DNA of 64,000 nt from an uncultured Bifidobacteriaceae bacterium (lineage in GTDB: Bacteria; Bacteroidota; Bacteroidia; Chitinophagales; UBA10324): assembly GCA_964424455.1 (NCBI GenBank), contig CAYRJA010000001.1:2887-66886 (forward strand), given 5' to 3'. Below are positions 29,352 through 39,321 of the stretch, one piece after another. The notes beneath the pieces are model-generated. The model had not been told where the DNA came from, made no database searches, and saw only the letters and a program-made list of their open reading frames with translations. The number at the start of each line of letters is the position of its first letter. The stretch's first letter is position 1. Made by a program: the position numbers and the translations under genes.

Positions 29352-30446
29352 ATGAAACTCTCTGATATAATTCAAGCGCTTGAATCTTTTGCTCCGCCTT
29401 TCTTACAGGAAAGCTATGATAATGCCGGACTGATTACCGGATCACCGGAAATGGAAATTACTTCAGCGTTGCTTTGCCTGGATTCTATAGAAGAAGTAGT
29501 GGATGAAGCTATTCAGCAAAAGAGCAACCTGATTATTGCTCATCATCCGATTATTTTTTCAGGGCTGAAAAAGCTGAACGGTAAAAATTATGTGGAGCGC
29601 ACCATTATCAAAGCAATAAAAAATGATATTGCCATTTATGCGGCACATACTAATCTGGATAATGTGTTACAGGGAGTGAATCAAAAAATTTCCGATAAAC
29701 TTGGTTTGAAGAACACCCGGATTCTTTCTCCAAAAAATAATATGCTGAAAAAACTGTTCACATTTTGTCCAAAAGATAAGGCAGAACAGGTTCGCAATGC
29801 AATGTTTAATGCAGGAGCAGGCGATATTGGCAATTACAGTGAGTGCAGTTTTAATTCGGAGGGAACTGGAACATTTAAAGCGGGCGAAGGCACTCATCCT
29901 TATGTAGGCGAACAAGGAAAACGACATCATGAAAGCGAAACAAAAATTGAAGTGATTTTTCCTTCATGGAATGAAGGGGCAGTGGTTGCAGCAATGATAA
30001 AAACACACCCTTATGAAGAAGCTGCTTATGATATAGTTTCTCTTGATAATACTTTTTCTGCAGTTGGCTCAGGAACGGTGGGTGAACTTGAAGTTGAAAT
30101 GGATGAAACTGAATTTCTGAAACACTTAAAAGAAAAGATGTCAGCGAAGGTGGTAAGGCATACCAAACTACTGAATCGCAAAGTCAGGAAAGTGGCGGTT
30201 TGCGGGGGTGCAGGAAGCTTTCTTCTGACGGATGCTATTAAATCAGGCGCAGATATATTTGTTACTGCGGATTTTAAATATCATCAATTTTTTGATTCGG
30301 AAGGAAAAATAATGATATGCGATATCGGACATTATGAAAGTGAACAATTTACACTCGAACTATTCAGAGATGTTTTGAAGAAGAAATTTCCTACATTTGC
30401 GACCACTTTTTCAAAAGTGAATACAAACCCCATAAAATATTTCTGA
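29352..30446 (+). CDS. Nif3-like dinuclear metal-centre protein
   Basis: 364 aa. AHHPIIF and YAAHTNLD motifs, PII-like insert, C-terminal GHYESE. Confidence 0.9.
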   Translation: MKLSDIIQALESFAPPFLQESYDNAGLITGSPEMEITSALLCLDSIEEVVDEAIQQKSNLIIAHHPIIFSGLKKLNGKNYVERTIIKAIKNDIAIYAAHTNLDNVLQGVNQKISDKLGLKNTRILSPKNNMLKKLFTFCPKDKAEQVRNAMFNAGAGDIGNYSECSFNSEGTGTFKAGEGTHPYVGEQGKRHHESETKIEVIFPSWNEGAVVAAMIKTHPYEEAAYDIVSLDNTFSAVGSGTVGELEVEMDETEFLKHLKEKMSAKVVRHTKLLNRKVRKVAVCGGAGSFLLTDAIKSGADIFVTADFKYHQFFDSEGKIMICDIGHYESEQFTLELFRDVLKKKFPTFATTFSKVNTNPIKYF

Positions 30447-31211
30447 ATGACCAAAGTAAAAGAATCTCCGGCAAAACCTTCTGAAATTCCTGTTGAGGAG
30501 CGTTTGCGTAATCTATACAAACTCCAGAAAATTGACAGTAAGATAGATGACATCCAAATTCTGAAAGGTGAATTACCAATGGAAGTAAGCGACCTTGAAG
30601 ACGAAATTACAGGACTGAAAACCCGCACTACCAAGATTGAAGAAGAGATAAAAGAACTGAATGAAGTAATTTCCAATTACCAATTGGGAGGAAAAGAAGC
30701 GGAAGCGCTGATAAAAAAATATCAGAAGCAGCAACAGAATGTGAAGAATAACAGGGAGTATGATGCACTAAGCAAAGAAATAGAACTGCAAAAACTCGAT
30801 ATTCAGCTTTCAGAGAAAAAAATTAAAGAAGCTCAAGTTGAGATTGAACAAAAGAAGGAATACTTCGGCGAATGTGAAAAAGTAATAAAAGCAAAAGAAA
30901 AAGATCTGAAACAAAAGAAAGCCGATCTTGAGGATGTGATAAAAGACACAGAGACAGAAGAAAAATCGCTTTTAAAAAAATCAAAAGAAGCAGAAAGTAA
31001 AATTGATGAGCGGTTGATTACGGCATATCATCGGATTCGCAAGTCATACCGGAACGGTTTGGCAGTTGTTACAGTTCAGCGTGCTGCTTGCGGAGGTTGC
31101 TATAACGCAATTCCCCCACAGATTCAACTGGAAATCCGTCAAAACAAAAAAATTATGCTTTGCGAACACTGCGGACGAATTCTGGTAGATGAGGCGCTCT
31201 TAGAGAAGTAG
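30447..31211 (+). CDS. coiled-coil protein with C4 zinc ribbon (COG1579-type Nif3 partner)
   Basis: 254 aa. Long heptad-rich region, C-terminal CGGC...CEHCGRIL. The start abuts the Nif3 stop. Confidence 0.85.
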   Translation: MTKVKESPAKPSEIPVEERLRNLYKLQKIDSKIDDIQILKGELPMEVSDLEDEITGLKTRTTKIEEEIKELNEVISNYQLGGKEAEALIKKYQKQQQNVKNNREYDALSKEIELQKLDIQLSEKKIKEAQVEIEQKKEYFGECEKVIKAKEKDLKQKKADLEDVIKDTETEEKSLLKKSKEAESKIDERLITAYHRIRKSYRNGLAVVTVQRAACGGCYNAIPPQIQLEIRQNKKIMLCEHCGRILVDEALLEK

Positions 31212-31332
31212 AGATAGCGCTGCTTAAACGCATTATAAACACCAAGCAAACACCTTCAGCCCGGCAATAGATTGTTGGGCTGATTTTTTTATCGCAAGAA
31301 TATACTCGAAGAAATAAACAGGTAATGAATTG

Positions 31333-32847
31333 ATGCACTCCCCTTTATTAAAACGACTCTTCATTTATTCCTTTTCTTTCCTTCTTATCCTTTGCATTTC
31401 AAATATTGCTTCTGCATCTTCTCCCAAGTATGAGTTTAACAAAACCTGCCAGTTGGCTTACTATAAGATGCTGTCTCTGCATTTTGAGGAAGGGAAAAAA
31501 TTATTAGAACAGGAAAAACAAAAAAATCCGGATAACCTGATACCGTATTTTGTAGAAAACTACGCTGACTTTTTTACGATTGCAATTAACGAAGAAAAAT
31601 CTGAGCTACTCCGTTTATCTCCCGGCAGAAATTTCCGGTTAAGTAAATTGCAGCAAGGACCGATAAACTCCCCATGGTATTTGTACACACAAGCAGAAAT
31701 AAATCTGCAGTGGGCATTTTGTAACCTGAAATTTGAAAATTATTATACTGCTTTTATTCAGATACGTAAGGCATATGCACAGCTACTGGAGAATCAAAAA
31801 AAATTCCCATCATTCATTGCCAACAAAAAGAGTCTGGGACTACTTCATGCGCTGATTGGAACCATTCCGGACAGCTATAAATGGGGAGCGCGCACACTCG
31901 GATTCAGCGGAACTGTAACACAAGGAATGCAGGAACTGAAAGAGGTAATGGATTATTCCAAAACCACTCCGTTCTTATTTCATGATGAAACACGATACAT
32001 CTGTATTTTTCTGGAAATGAATATTCATAATGATGCCTCTGCTGCATGGGCGCTTACGCAGCAAAAGGGATTCCCAGATGCAAAGACCGATCCGCTTGCC
32101 TGCTTTGTTACAGCAGATGTGGCAATGAAGAATAATAATACGGATAAAGCCATTGATATAATAAATAGCGCCCAATTTTCAGATGATTCAATGCACTTCG
32201 TCTATCTTGATTACCTGTTGGGCTTGTGCAAGATGAATCGGCTCGATAAAGATGCAAATGTGCCTCTTGAAAGGTTTATTTCTAAATTCAGAGGACAGAA
32301 TTATCTGAAAGATGCTTATCAAAAATTGGCATGGTTCTATTACCTGCAGGATAACGAAAATCGTTACCGTTACTATATTTCATTCTGCAAAACAACAGGC
32401 GCTGCTTTTACTGATTCTGATAAACAGGCAATGAAGGAAGCTAATGAAGGAGTTGCACCCAATCAATTACTGCTCAGGGTGCGGCTGTTACAGGATGGAG
32501 GTTATTATCCACGGGCGATGTCGTTGCTCGCAGGAAAATCACCTGAGGATTTTCTTTCAGTGAAAGATAAAATTGAATTCAGCTACCGGATGGGAAGAAT
32601 TTATCATGAATGGGGAAAGCCGGATGATGCTATTCATTATTATGAGAATACAATTAAATACGGAGAAAAATACCCATACTACTATGCAGCCAATGCGGCA
32701 TTGCAATTAGGATTTATCTATGAGGATAAAGGAGAGAAAGAGAAAGCAGCTTTATACTACCGGAAATGCCTTGCTATGAAAAATACTGATTACAAAAATT
32801 CTCTTGACCAGAAAGCAAAAGCAGGACTGAACAGATTAGCGCCATAA
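31333..32847 (+). CDS. TPR-repeat protein, secreted or periplasmic
   Basis: About 504 aa from the ATG at 31333. Signal peptide and C-terminal TPR units (YRMGRIYHEWGKPDDAIHYYE, LQLGFIYEDKGEKEKAALYYRK). Confidence 0.65.
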   Translation: MHSPLLKRLFIYSFSFLLILCISNIASASSPKYEFNKTCQLAYYKMLSLHFEEGKKLLEQEKQKNPDNLIPYFVENYADFFTIAINEEKSELLRLSPGRNFRLSKLQQGPINSPWYLYTQAEINLQWAFCNLKFENYYTAFIQIRKAYAQLLENQKKFPSFIANKKSLGLLHALIGTIPDSYKWGARTLGFSGTVTQGMQELKEVMDYSKTTPFLFHDETRYICIFLEMNIHNDASAAWALTQQKGFPDAKTDPLACFVTADVAMKNNNTDKAIDIINSAQFSDDSMHFVYLDYLLGLCKMNRLDKDANVPLERFISKFRGQNYLKDAYQKLAWFYYLQDNENRYRYYISFCKTTGAAFTDSDKQAMKEANEGVAPNQLLLRVRLLQDGGYYPRAMSLLAGKSPEDFLSVKDKIEFSYRMGRIYHEWGKPDDAIHYYENTIKYGEKYPYYYAANAALQLGFIYEDKGEKEKAALYYRKCLAMKNTDYKNSLDQKAKAGLNRLAP

Positions 32848-32954
32848 TACTTTGCTTGATGTTATGCTAAGAGTGGAGAAGGTATGTTTCTCTAACAGGC
32901 GGATATTCAATAATAAGAAAAGTATGCTTGCGTTCTCAGAACCTTCAGGTAAAT

Positions 32955-33356
32955 TTATTCCTGCTCCCGCCAATCCGACTCACTATGATTTAACGGTTCG
33001 GTAATTGAAGAATTAAGACCTTTTTTGTTTTGCTCATCAAGGGTAAGATTGTCTGTAGTAATAGTTTGCAGCCATACATTTCCTGACTTGCGAAATATCT
33101 GAGCGCCTACCCGTAAGGTATTCTGTATTTTTTGTTCCAATTCTGTTACAGTCATTGAAGCACTGACTGCTACTTCCTTAGTTGCAACATCAGGAAATAT
33201 TTCTTTCAGCCGTACAGAGCTTTTGATATGGAATTTTTCAGGAGTACCGCTTTTGCTGGAATGAGGGATCGTATAGAACTCAATCTTCAATCCCGGAAAC
33301 ATACGGTTGAATTCCTCCTGAATAACTTTGATTGTTTTTCCTCCTGTGATACGCAT
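32955..33356 (-). CDS. hypothetical protein
   Basis: 133-aa ORF with coding-like composition. No recognisable motif. Confidence 0.45.
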   Translation of the reverse strand: MRITGGKTIKVIQEEFNRMFPGLKIEFYTIPHSSKSGTPEKFHIKSSVRLKEIFPDVATKEVAVSASMTVTELEQKIQNTLRVGAQIFRKSGNVWLQTITTDNLTLDEQNKKGLNSSITEPLNHSESDWREQE

Positions 33357-33587
33357 GGCTGATTAATTTATTTATTGCAATATAATAATCAAACTTAAGT
33401 TTCTAAAATGATTTTAATCAGTTTATTGGTTATGATAGCTGAATGCAATTTTTCTACAATAGTTAACACCTGTTAGTTGAACAAAGCTCTTAGTTAAAAT
33501 TAATATAGAGGTTACAATCTCATCAATAAATTTTACCTTGTTTACACTATTTTAAATGCACATCCGTTTAACTAATAAAGACTTAGA

Positions 33588-34037
33588 ATGAGAAAGAAAA
33601 TCATATTGCTAATGCTGCTTACAGCGCCATTGTTTCTTTTTGCAAACAATAACTTTGAACAATCAGTAGGTTCACTGAAGGTAGTTGTAACAGGATTCAA
33701 CTCAAACGAGGGAATGGCAAGAGCAGGAGTTTATTTTAATGCAGAAGGGAGGAGAATCAATCAACAGTTAAGTGCGCACTACAACCTGGCAACAGCAATC
33801 AGACAACAAAAAGCAATCTTTGAAATCAATAATCTTCAACCCGGCAGATACGCTGTTTCTGTCATGCACGATTCTAATAATAATTGTAAAATGGATTATG
33901 GCTGGATGAATCTTCCCGAAGAGCAATATGGATTCTCTAATCACCCTAAGATATTAGTTAGTCCGCCACTGTTTGATGAGTGCAGTATTCCGGTTTCAGC
34001 AGGACAACAGGCGCTGGTAAATATCCATCTGAAATGA
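33588..34037 (+). CDS. DUF2141-family secreted protein
   Basis: 149 aa. Signal peptide, GFNSNEG...FxxxxPGRYAVSVMHDSNNNxKMD...GFSN pattern typical of DUF2141. Confidence 0.7.
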   Translation: MRKKIILLMLLTAPLFLFANNNFEQSVGSLKVVVTGFNSNEGMARAGVYFNAEGRRINQQLSAHYNLATAIRQQKAIFEINNLQPGRYAVSVMHDSNNNCKMDYGWMNLPEEQYGFSNHPKILVSPPLFDECSIPVSAGQQALVNIHLK

Positions 34038-34059
34038 AGACGGAATCTTACTGTAACAG

Positions 34060-34815
34060 TTATTTGAAAAGCGCTGTAAAGAAGTGTTGCATATCTTTCC
34101 ATGAAGCAGTATCTGCCGCCACATTATAAGCAATTGGAATGTTAAACTTCTTTCCGTTTGCAGTAGCAGCCGGGTTGGTAAATCCGTGAACTGCATCAGG
34201 ATAAGATTTGAAAATATATGAAGCGCCAATAGAATCCAATTCTTTTCTGAAAGTGCTTAATTCTTCAGGTGAAATAAATTTATCTGCTTCACCGTGACAG
34301 ACTAAGATTTTTGCTTTCAATAAATTTTTGTCTGCCGGCACACCATTCAAACCGCCATGAAAACTCACTACACCTTTTAAATCAGCGCCGAGTTTAGCGG
34401 CATTTAGTACAGTATATCCACCGAAACAATATCCGATGGCTGCAATCCGGGAGGTATCCACATGAGGGTTCTTTTTTAGTGTAGAAATGGCAACATCTAT
34501 TCTCTGTTTTGTAAGTGCAGGATTATTATAGAACGGAGCAGCAAGAGCGCCGGCTTCCTTAGGATTATGTCCTTGCTTACCATTGCCAAACACATCTATT
34601 GCCATTGCCACATAACCTGTTCCGGCTAATTGCTTGGCTCTGCTCTTTGTATAATCATTCAGCCCCCACCATTCGGGAACAACTATAATTCCGGGTCTTT
34701 TTTCAGTTGTGTTTTTATCATAGGCAGTAAAAGTGTTGCAGGTAATACCGTCTGAGATGTAGTTCCCGGTTTCTTCTTTTACGGAATTTGCAGAATTATT
34801 ATTTTCCTGATTCAT
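34060..34815 (-). CDS. dienelactone hydrolase family protein
   Basis: 251 aa. PEWWGLN, nucleophile GYCFGG, C-terminal HGF. Confidence 0.85.
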   Translation of the reverse strand: MNQENNNSANSVKEETGNYISDGITCNTFTAYDKNTTEKRPGIIVVPEWWGLNDYTKSRAKQLAGTGYVAMAIDVFGNGKQGHNPKEAGALAAPFYNNPALTKQRIDVAISTLKKNPHVDTSRIAAIGYCFGGYTVLNAAKLGADLKGVVSFHGGLNGVPADKNLLKAKILVCHGEADKFISPEELSTFRKELDSIGASYIFKSYPDAVHGFTNPAATANGKKFNIPIAYNVAADTASWKDMQHFFTALFK

Positions 34816-35034
34816 AGTGCATGAAATAAATGTGAAAAAATAAAATTAATAATACGATAAACAATGATTTCATAGGGTTAAGCGCCGTAATACACAAAGG
34901 TAAATATCAGCTAAAGTAAAGTCCGGGTATAAAATATTTTTCAATTTCTATTTTAACAAAGGCAGATAGTTGCGGAATGTTACGTTGAAATGGAATAGCA
35001 ATAATGCTATAAACAATAAAGTGAACTTTCTGAA

Positions 35035-35751
35035 TTATACAGGAAAATCTTTGATGAGCTTCATCATCTTCTTATTATTCCTGATAGAAATATTTTTTCC
35101 AACCCCCTTAATCAGACCTTCCTTTTTCATTTGAGAAATGGTACGGATGATTTCTTCAATAGATGCACCGGTCATATCAGCCAGTTCCTGTCTGCTAAGT
35201 GTAACACCAAGCACTTTTTCTCTTCCTATATTTATTTCACCGAAAACCCTGTAAATGTCAAGCAACACTTTTGCAAACCGTTGCTTCACTGCCATTTTAG
35301 AAGAACATCGGAACCGATATTCTGCCTGCTTCAGTTCTTCCGCAAGAAAAGTAACCATCTCTTTATAGAGTACAAGGTTTTTGTTCATAACTTCAGTAAA
35401 ATAATCTATCGGAATAAAAACAACAGAAGAATCTTCAAGAGTAACGGCACTTACCGGATAAGTTTTTTCATGAGTTAAACCTCTGTGTCCAAGCATATAA
35501 CCCACACTTGCAAGATTGACAATATCAACACGCTCATCCGGATCAGAAAAAAACACCTTCACCTTTCCTGAACAAATGAAATAAACACCTGTAACAGGTG
35601 CCCCTTCCTGAAAAAGCACTTGCCCTTTTTTGTAATAATAAGATTTCTTTTGCTTTTCAATTCTGTTCTTCCATTCATCATTGATTAAACGCTGAATCAT
35701 GCACTTGCTGATTGTGCAGGTTAGGCAACTGGGAACAGAATGGAGTATCAT
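35035..35751 (-). CDS. Crp/Fnr-family transcriptional regulator with N-terminal Cys cluster
   Basis: 238 aa. C-x2-C-x4-C (SCLTCTISKC) if the ATG at 35751 is used, cNMP-binding-like barrel (YKKGQVLFQEGAPVTGVYFICSGKVKV), C-terminal HTH (LSRQELADMTGASIEEIIRTISQM). Confidence 0.85.
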   Translation of the reverse strand: MILHSVPSCLTCTISKCMIQRLINDEWKNRIEKQKKSYYYKKGQVLFQEGAPVTGVYFICSGKVKVFFSDPDERVDIVNLASVGYMLGHRGLTHEKTYPVSAVTLEDSSVVFIPIDYFTEVMNKNLVLYKEMVTFLAEELKQAEYRFRCSSKMAVKQRFAKVLLDIYRVFGEINIGREKVLGVTLSRQELADMTGASIEEIIRTISQMKKEGLIKGVGKNISIRNNKKMMKLIKDFPV

Positions 35752-35760
35752 CTTAAAAAA

Positions 35761-35803
35761 ACCGGAGAAAAATTTCTAATAAATTTAGAAAGGTTTCTCC
35801 GGT
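35761..35803 (-). terminator. rho-independent terminator after the fasciclin gene
   Basis: 10-bp stem ACCGGAGAAA/TTTCTCCGGT. On the minus strand it is followed by a T7 run (plus-strand A-run 35754-35760). Confidence 0.75.
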
Positions 35804-35827
35804 GAAATTAAAGTTTTTATTGATATA

Positions 35828-36397
35828 TTACTTGTTGGGAGGCAGAACTACTGCATCAATTACATGCACCCATCCATTGGAAGCACGCACCGAACCGATG
35901 ATTTTTGCATCACCAATATAAGTAGCACCATCTTTTACATGAAAAGTTGCATTGGTGCCATCAACCATTCCCATGGATTGCCCCTCCTGAAAAAACGAGG
36001 CATCTAATGCCGAGGTCATTACATGATGCTGTAAAATGGTTTCGAGTTTTGATTTATTCTCTGGTTTTAATAAATCTTCCACTGTTCCTTTTGGCAGTTT
36101 ATCGAAAGCTGCATTAGTCGGAGCAAAAACGGTAAATGGTCCGGCATTGGAAAGGGCATCAACCAGATTAGCAGCTTTCACTGCTGTAACGAGTGTAGAG
36201 TGGTCTTTGGAAGATACAGCTACACCCACTACATTAACTTGCGATTCGTCATCTTTAACGCCTGATTGCCCTGCGGGAGCAGTTACAGATTCATTGTTGG
36301 ATGAGGTGTTGTTGGATTCGGTTCCTGAGTTACAGGATGAGAATGACAGCCAGGCGAAAATTCCTGCTACTGACAGAGAGAGAATAATTTTTTTCAT
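35828..36397 (-). CDS. fasciclin (FAS1) domain lipoprotein
   Basis: 189 aa. Lipobox FSSC, FTVFAPTNAAFDKL and HVIDAVVLP FAS1 motifs. Confidence 0.88.
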   Translation of the reverse strand: MKKIILSLSVAGIFAWLSFSSCNSGTESNNTSSNNESVTAPAGQSGVKDDESQVNVVGVAVSSKDHSTLVTAVKAANLVDALSNAGPFTVFAPTNAAFDKLPKGTVEDLLKPENKSKLETILQHHVMTSALDASFFQEGQSMGMVDGTNATFHVKDGATYIGDAKIIGSVRASNGWVHVIDAVVLPPNK

Positions 36398-36494
36398 AGA
36401 TTGTTTTTTTGTGAGTGAATCTTTTTCTTTGTCGCCGGACTCAAAGTCTGAATCCTTTAACGGTGTAAAAATCTTATTGCCGTTATTTTTAAAA

Positions 36495-36510
36495 TATGAT
36501 ATGAATCATA
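36495..36510. promoter_or_regulatory. candidate Crp/Fnr-type operator (TATGAT-N4-ATCATA)
   Basis: Perfect 6-N4-6 palindrome containing the TGAT-N4-ATCA core of FNR/CRP boxes. It lies in the divergent fasciclin / nos-cytochrome c intergenic region. Confidence 0.35.
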
Positions 36511-36514
36511 TTTT

Positions 36515-36530
36515 TGACTGATATTTGTCA
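36515..36530. promoter_or_regulatory. second palindrome TGAC-N8-GTCA in the nos promoter region
   Basis: Inverted repeat centred about 35 nt upstream of the -7 box at 36554. Confidence 0.25.
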
Positions 36531-36553
36531 GGTCGGTTACAGAGGTTGGAAAA

Positions 36554-36561
36554 TACTTTTG
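36554..36561 (+). promoter_or_regulatory. Bacteroidota -7 promoter box (TACTTTTG) for the nos operon
   Basis: Exact TAnnTTTG match 50 nt upstream of the ATG at 36611. Confidence 0.45.
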
Positions 36562-36610
36562 AGCCGTCAAGAAATGACAATAAAACATTAATCACTCTCA
36601 AATTAATACT

Positions 36611-37078
36611 ATGAAGAAACTACTTTTAATTATTGCTGCTTATGGAACCCTATTCTTTCTTTCCTGTAATAGCTCTCCCTCCGGTGAAAATTCAACCAGC
36701 GGAACCAACGAGGAGAAGAAAGTTGATGAGAATGTGGACCATAAGGGAATCGGAAAATTTACTGATATAAAACTCACCACTCCTTTAGATCAGGGTTTGG
36801 TAAAAGATGGTGAAGCCGTTTACAATATGAAGTGTCTTTCCTGCCATAAACTGACAGATGAAAAGTTAGTGGGGCCCGGCTGGAAGGGTGTTACAAAACT
36901 TCGTACTCCGGAATGGCTAATGAATTTTATTACTAATACAGAGGAGATGCTAAATAAGAGTCCGGTAGCACAGAAGATGCTTGAAGAATGTTTGACCAGA
37001 ATGCCAAATCAGAATTTGAGTGACCATGATGCAAGGGCAATACTGGAATTCATGAGAAAAAATGACGGAGAACAATAA
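36611..37078 (+). CDS. monoheme c-type cytochrome lipoprotein (nos-cluster cytochrome)
   Basis: 155 aa. Lipobox FLSC, single haem motif CLSCHK, distal Met context LTRMPNQ. Lies directly upstream of nosZ. Confidence 0.85.
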   Translation: MKKLLLIIAAYGTLFFLSCNSSPSGENSTSGTNEEKKVDENVDHKGIGKFTDIKLTTPLDQGLVKDGEAVYNMKCLSCHKLTDEKLVGPGWKGVTKLRTPEWLMNFITNTEEMLNKSPVAQKMLEECLTRMPNQNLSDHDARAILEFMRKNDGEQ

Positions 37079-37120
37079 ACCCAATAATCAATAATTAATT
37101 TAACACTAAACAAACAATCC

Positions 37121-39091
37121 ATGAAACAAATTTTCATCATCTCACTTAGCATAACGGTGCTTTCAAGTGCTTTTTGGGGATGTAAAACAAGAAGCACCGA
37201 ATCAGCAGTTTCAGGAGATGCCGCACAGAAGGTCTATGTAGCTCCCGGTAAGTACGATGAATTTTACAACATCGTATCCGGCGGGTTCAGCGGACAGGTA
37301 TCCGTTTATGGACTACCATCCGGAAGATTATTCCGAGTAATTCCGGTTTTCTCTGCAGATCCGCAGAGCGGATATGGTTACACAGAGGAAACAAAAAACA
37401 TGCTGAATACCAGCCATGGATGGATCCCATGGGATGATCAGCACCATATTGCAATATCTACAACAAAAGGCGAACACGATGGCCGCTGGTTTTTTGCCAA
37501 TGGAAACAACACACCGCGCATCGCACGTGTAAGTTTCAAGACTTTTACTACTGAAGAAATTATTGAATTACCAAACAGCAATGGCAACCACTCTTCACCA
37601 TTTATTACCGAAAATACAGAATACACTATTGCAGGAACCCGTTTTGCTGTCCCAATGGAGAACACCAATACTGATGTTCCGATATCTTCCTACAAGGACA
37701 ACTTCCGCTGCACAGCAAGTTTTGTAAAAGTTAATCCTGAGGATGGTCGTATGAGTATTGCTTTCCAGATATTATTGCCGGGGGTAGATCTTGATTTAGC
37801 CAGAGCCGGAAAAGGACCCAGCCATGATTGGTTCTTCTTCTCCTGTTACAATTCAGAACTGGCAAATACTTTATTAGAGGTAAACGCATCTCAGCGTGAT
37901 AAGGATTTTATTGTAGCCGTAAACTGGAAGAAAGCAGAAGAATATGCCGCACAGAAGAAAGGAAAAATGATGAAGGTAAAATATGCTCACAACATTTATG
38001 ATGAAGTAAAGCATACATCTACTACAGAATATGGAACAGAAGTTCAGGTATTAGATCCTGCGGAATGTCCTGACATGGTTTACCTGATGCCCTGTCCGAA
38101 ATCACCACATGGTTGCGATGTGAATCCTACAGGTGAATATATTGTAGGAAGTGGAAAATTAGCTGCTGTAATTCCTGTTTTCTCTTTTGATAAAATGAAG
38201 AAAGCCATATCCGACAAAAACTTTGATGGAGACTACAGCGGTATTCCTGTACTGAAGTATGATGCAGTATTGCATGGCGAAGTGCAGAAACCCGGTTTAG
38301 GTCCCTTGCATACAGAGTTTGACGCAAACGGTAATGCCTACACTTCTTTCTTTGTATCTTCAGAAATTGTAAAGTGGAGCGTAAAGGATTGCAAAGTGCT
38401 TGACCGCGTACCTACTTATTATTCCATTGGGCATCTTTGTGTGCCTGGCGGCTGCACGGCTAAACCGTGGGGGAAATATGTGATTGCATATAACAAAATT
38501 ACCAAAGACCGTTATTTACCCACAGGTCCTGAACTTACCCAGTCAGCTCAGTTATATGACATTTCAGGGGATAAAATGAAACTGTTGCTTGATTTCCCTA
38601 CGATTGGCGAGCCGCATTATGCAGAGGCAATTCCGGCAGATTTGATTATGAAGAATAGTCAGAAGTTCTATAAGATTGAAGACAACAACAATCCGTATGT
38701 GTGCAAGAGTGAAAAAGATGCGCGTGTAGTAAGAAACGGAAACCGCGTGGATGTGTACATGACTGCTATCCGCTCTCACTTGGCTCCTGATAATATTGAA
38801 GGGGTAAAAGTGGGTGATGAGGTGTATTTCCATGTCACCAACCTTGAACAGGACTGGGATGTGCCACACGGTTTTGCAGTAAAAGGAGCACAGAATGCGG
38901 AATCATTAATAATGCCGGGTGAAACACGAACGCTTAAATATGTAGCGGACAGACCGGGGGTAATTGCATTTTATTGTACTGATTTTTGTTCTGCATTGCA
39001 TCAGGAAATGCAGGGATATTTACGGGTATCTCCGGCAGGTTCCAATGTTCCGTTAACCTTCTCCATAGGGAAGACCCCGGTGTCGAATTAA
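37121..39091 (+). CDS. nosZ: nitrous-oxide reductase, Sec-dependent (clade II) type
   Basis: 656 aa. Leader MKQIFIISLSITVLSSAFWGC without a twin-arginine motif, His-rich propeller, C-terminal CuA motif CTDFCSALHQEM. Accessory genes nosL, nosD, nosF and nosY lie downstream. Confidence 0.95.
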   Translation: MKQIFIISLSITVLSSAFWGCKTRSTESAVSGDAAQKVYVAPGKYDEFYNIVSGGFSGQVSVYGLPSGRLFRVIPVFSADPQSGYGYTEETKNMLNTSHGWIPWDDQHHIAISTTKGEHDGRWFFANGNNTPRIARVSFKTFTTEEIIELPNSNGNHSSPFITENTEYTIAGTRFAVPMENTNTDVPISSYKDNFRCTASFVKVNPEDGRMSIAFQILLPGVDLDLARAGKGPSHDWFFFSCYNSELANTLLEVNASQRDKDFIVAVNWKKAEEYAAQKKGKMMKVKYAHNIYDEVKHTSTTEYGTEVQVLDPAECPDMVYLMPCPKSPHGCDVNPTGEYIVGSGKLAAVIPVFSFDKMKKAISDKNFDGDYSGIPVLKYDAVLHGEVQKPGLGPLHTEFDANGNAYTSFFVSSEIVKWSVKDCKVLDRVPTYYSIGHLCVPGGCTAKPWGKYVIAYNKITKDRYLPTGPELTQSAQLYDISGDKMKLLLDFPTIGEPHYAEAIPADLIMKNSQKFYKIEDNNNPYVCKSEKDARVVRNGNRVDVYMTAIRSHLAPDNIEGVKVGDEVYFHVTNLEQDWDVPHGFAVKGAQNAESLIMPGETRTLKYVADRPGVIAFYCTDFCSALHQEMQGYLRVSPAGSNVPLTFSIGKTPVSN

Positions 39092-39321
39092 TATTATCAT
39101 TCTGAACATAGTGAGGCACCTAAAAATTATTAGAAGATACTTCACTATATTCAGCATGACAGCATAAAGAAAATGACTACCTCAGAAATCATGTGAGAGC
39201 ATGATTGTCAATAAGAGTGATTAATGAAACGAATCTTATTTCATTTGGGTTGAAAGACTGATTCGTAATAATTGACAATAAAAATTTTTGGGGTGGTCTT
39301 TTCTTTTTAAATCCTGTTCTT

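Noticed and set aside
39092-39321. Several short hairpins in the 230-bp nosZ to nosB spacer (ATAGTGAGG/CTTCACTAT, TCATG-N6-CATGA, AATGAAA/TTTCATT)
   Set aside because: All are short, AT-rich or imperfect, and none has a convincing T-tract. They could be processing or partial termination sites but cannot be supported from sequence alone.
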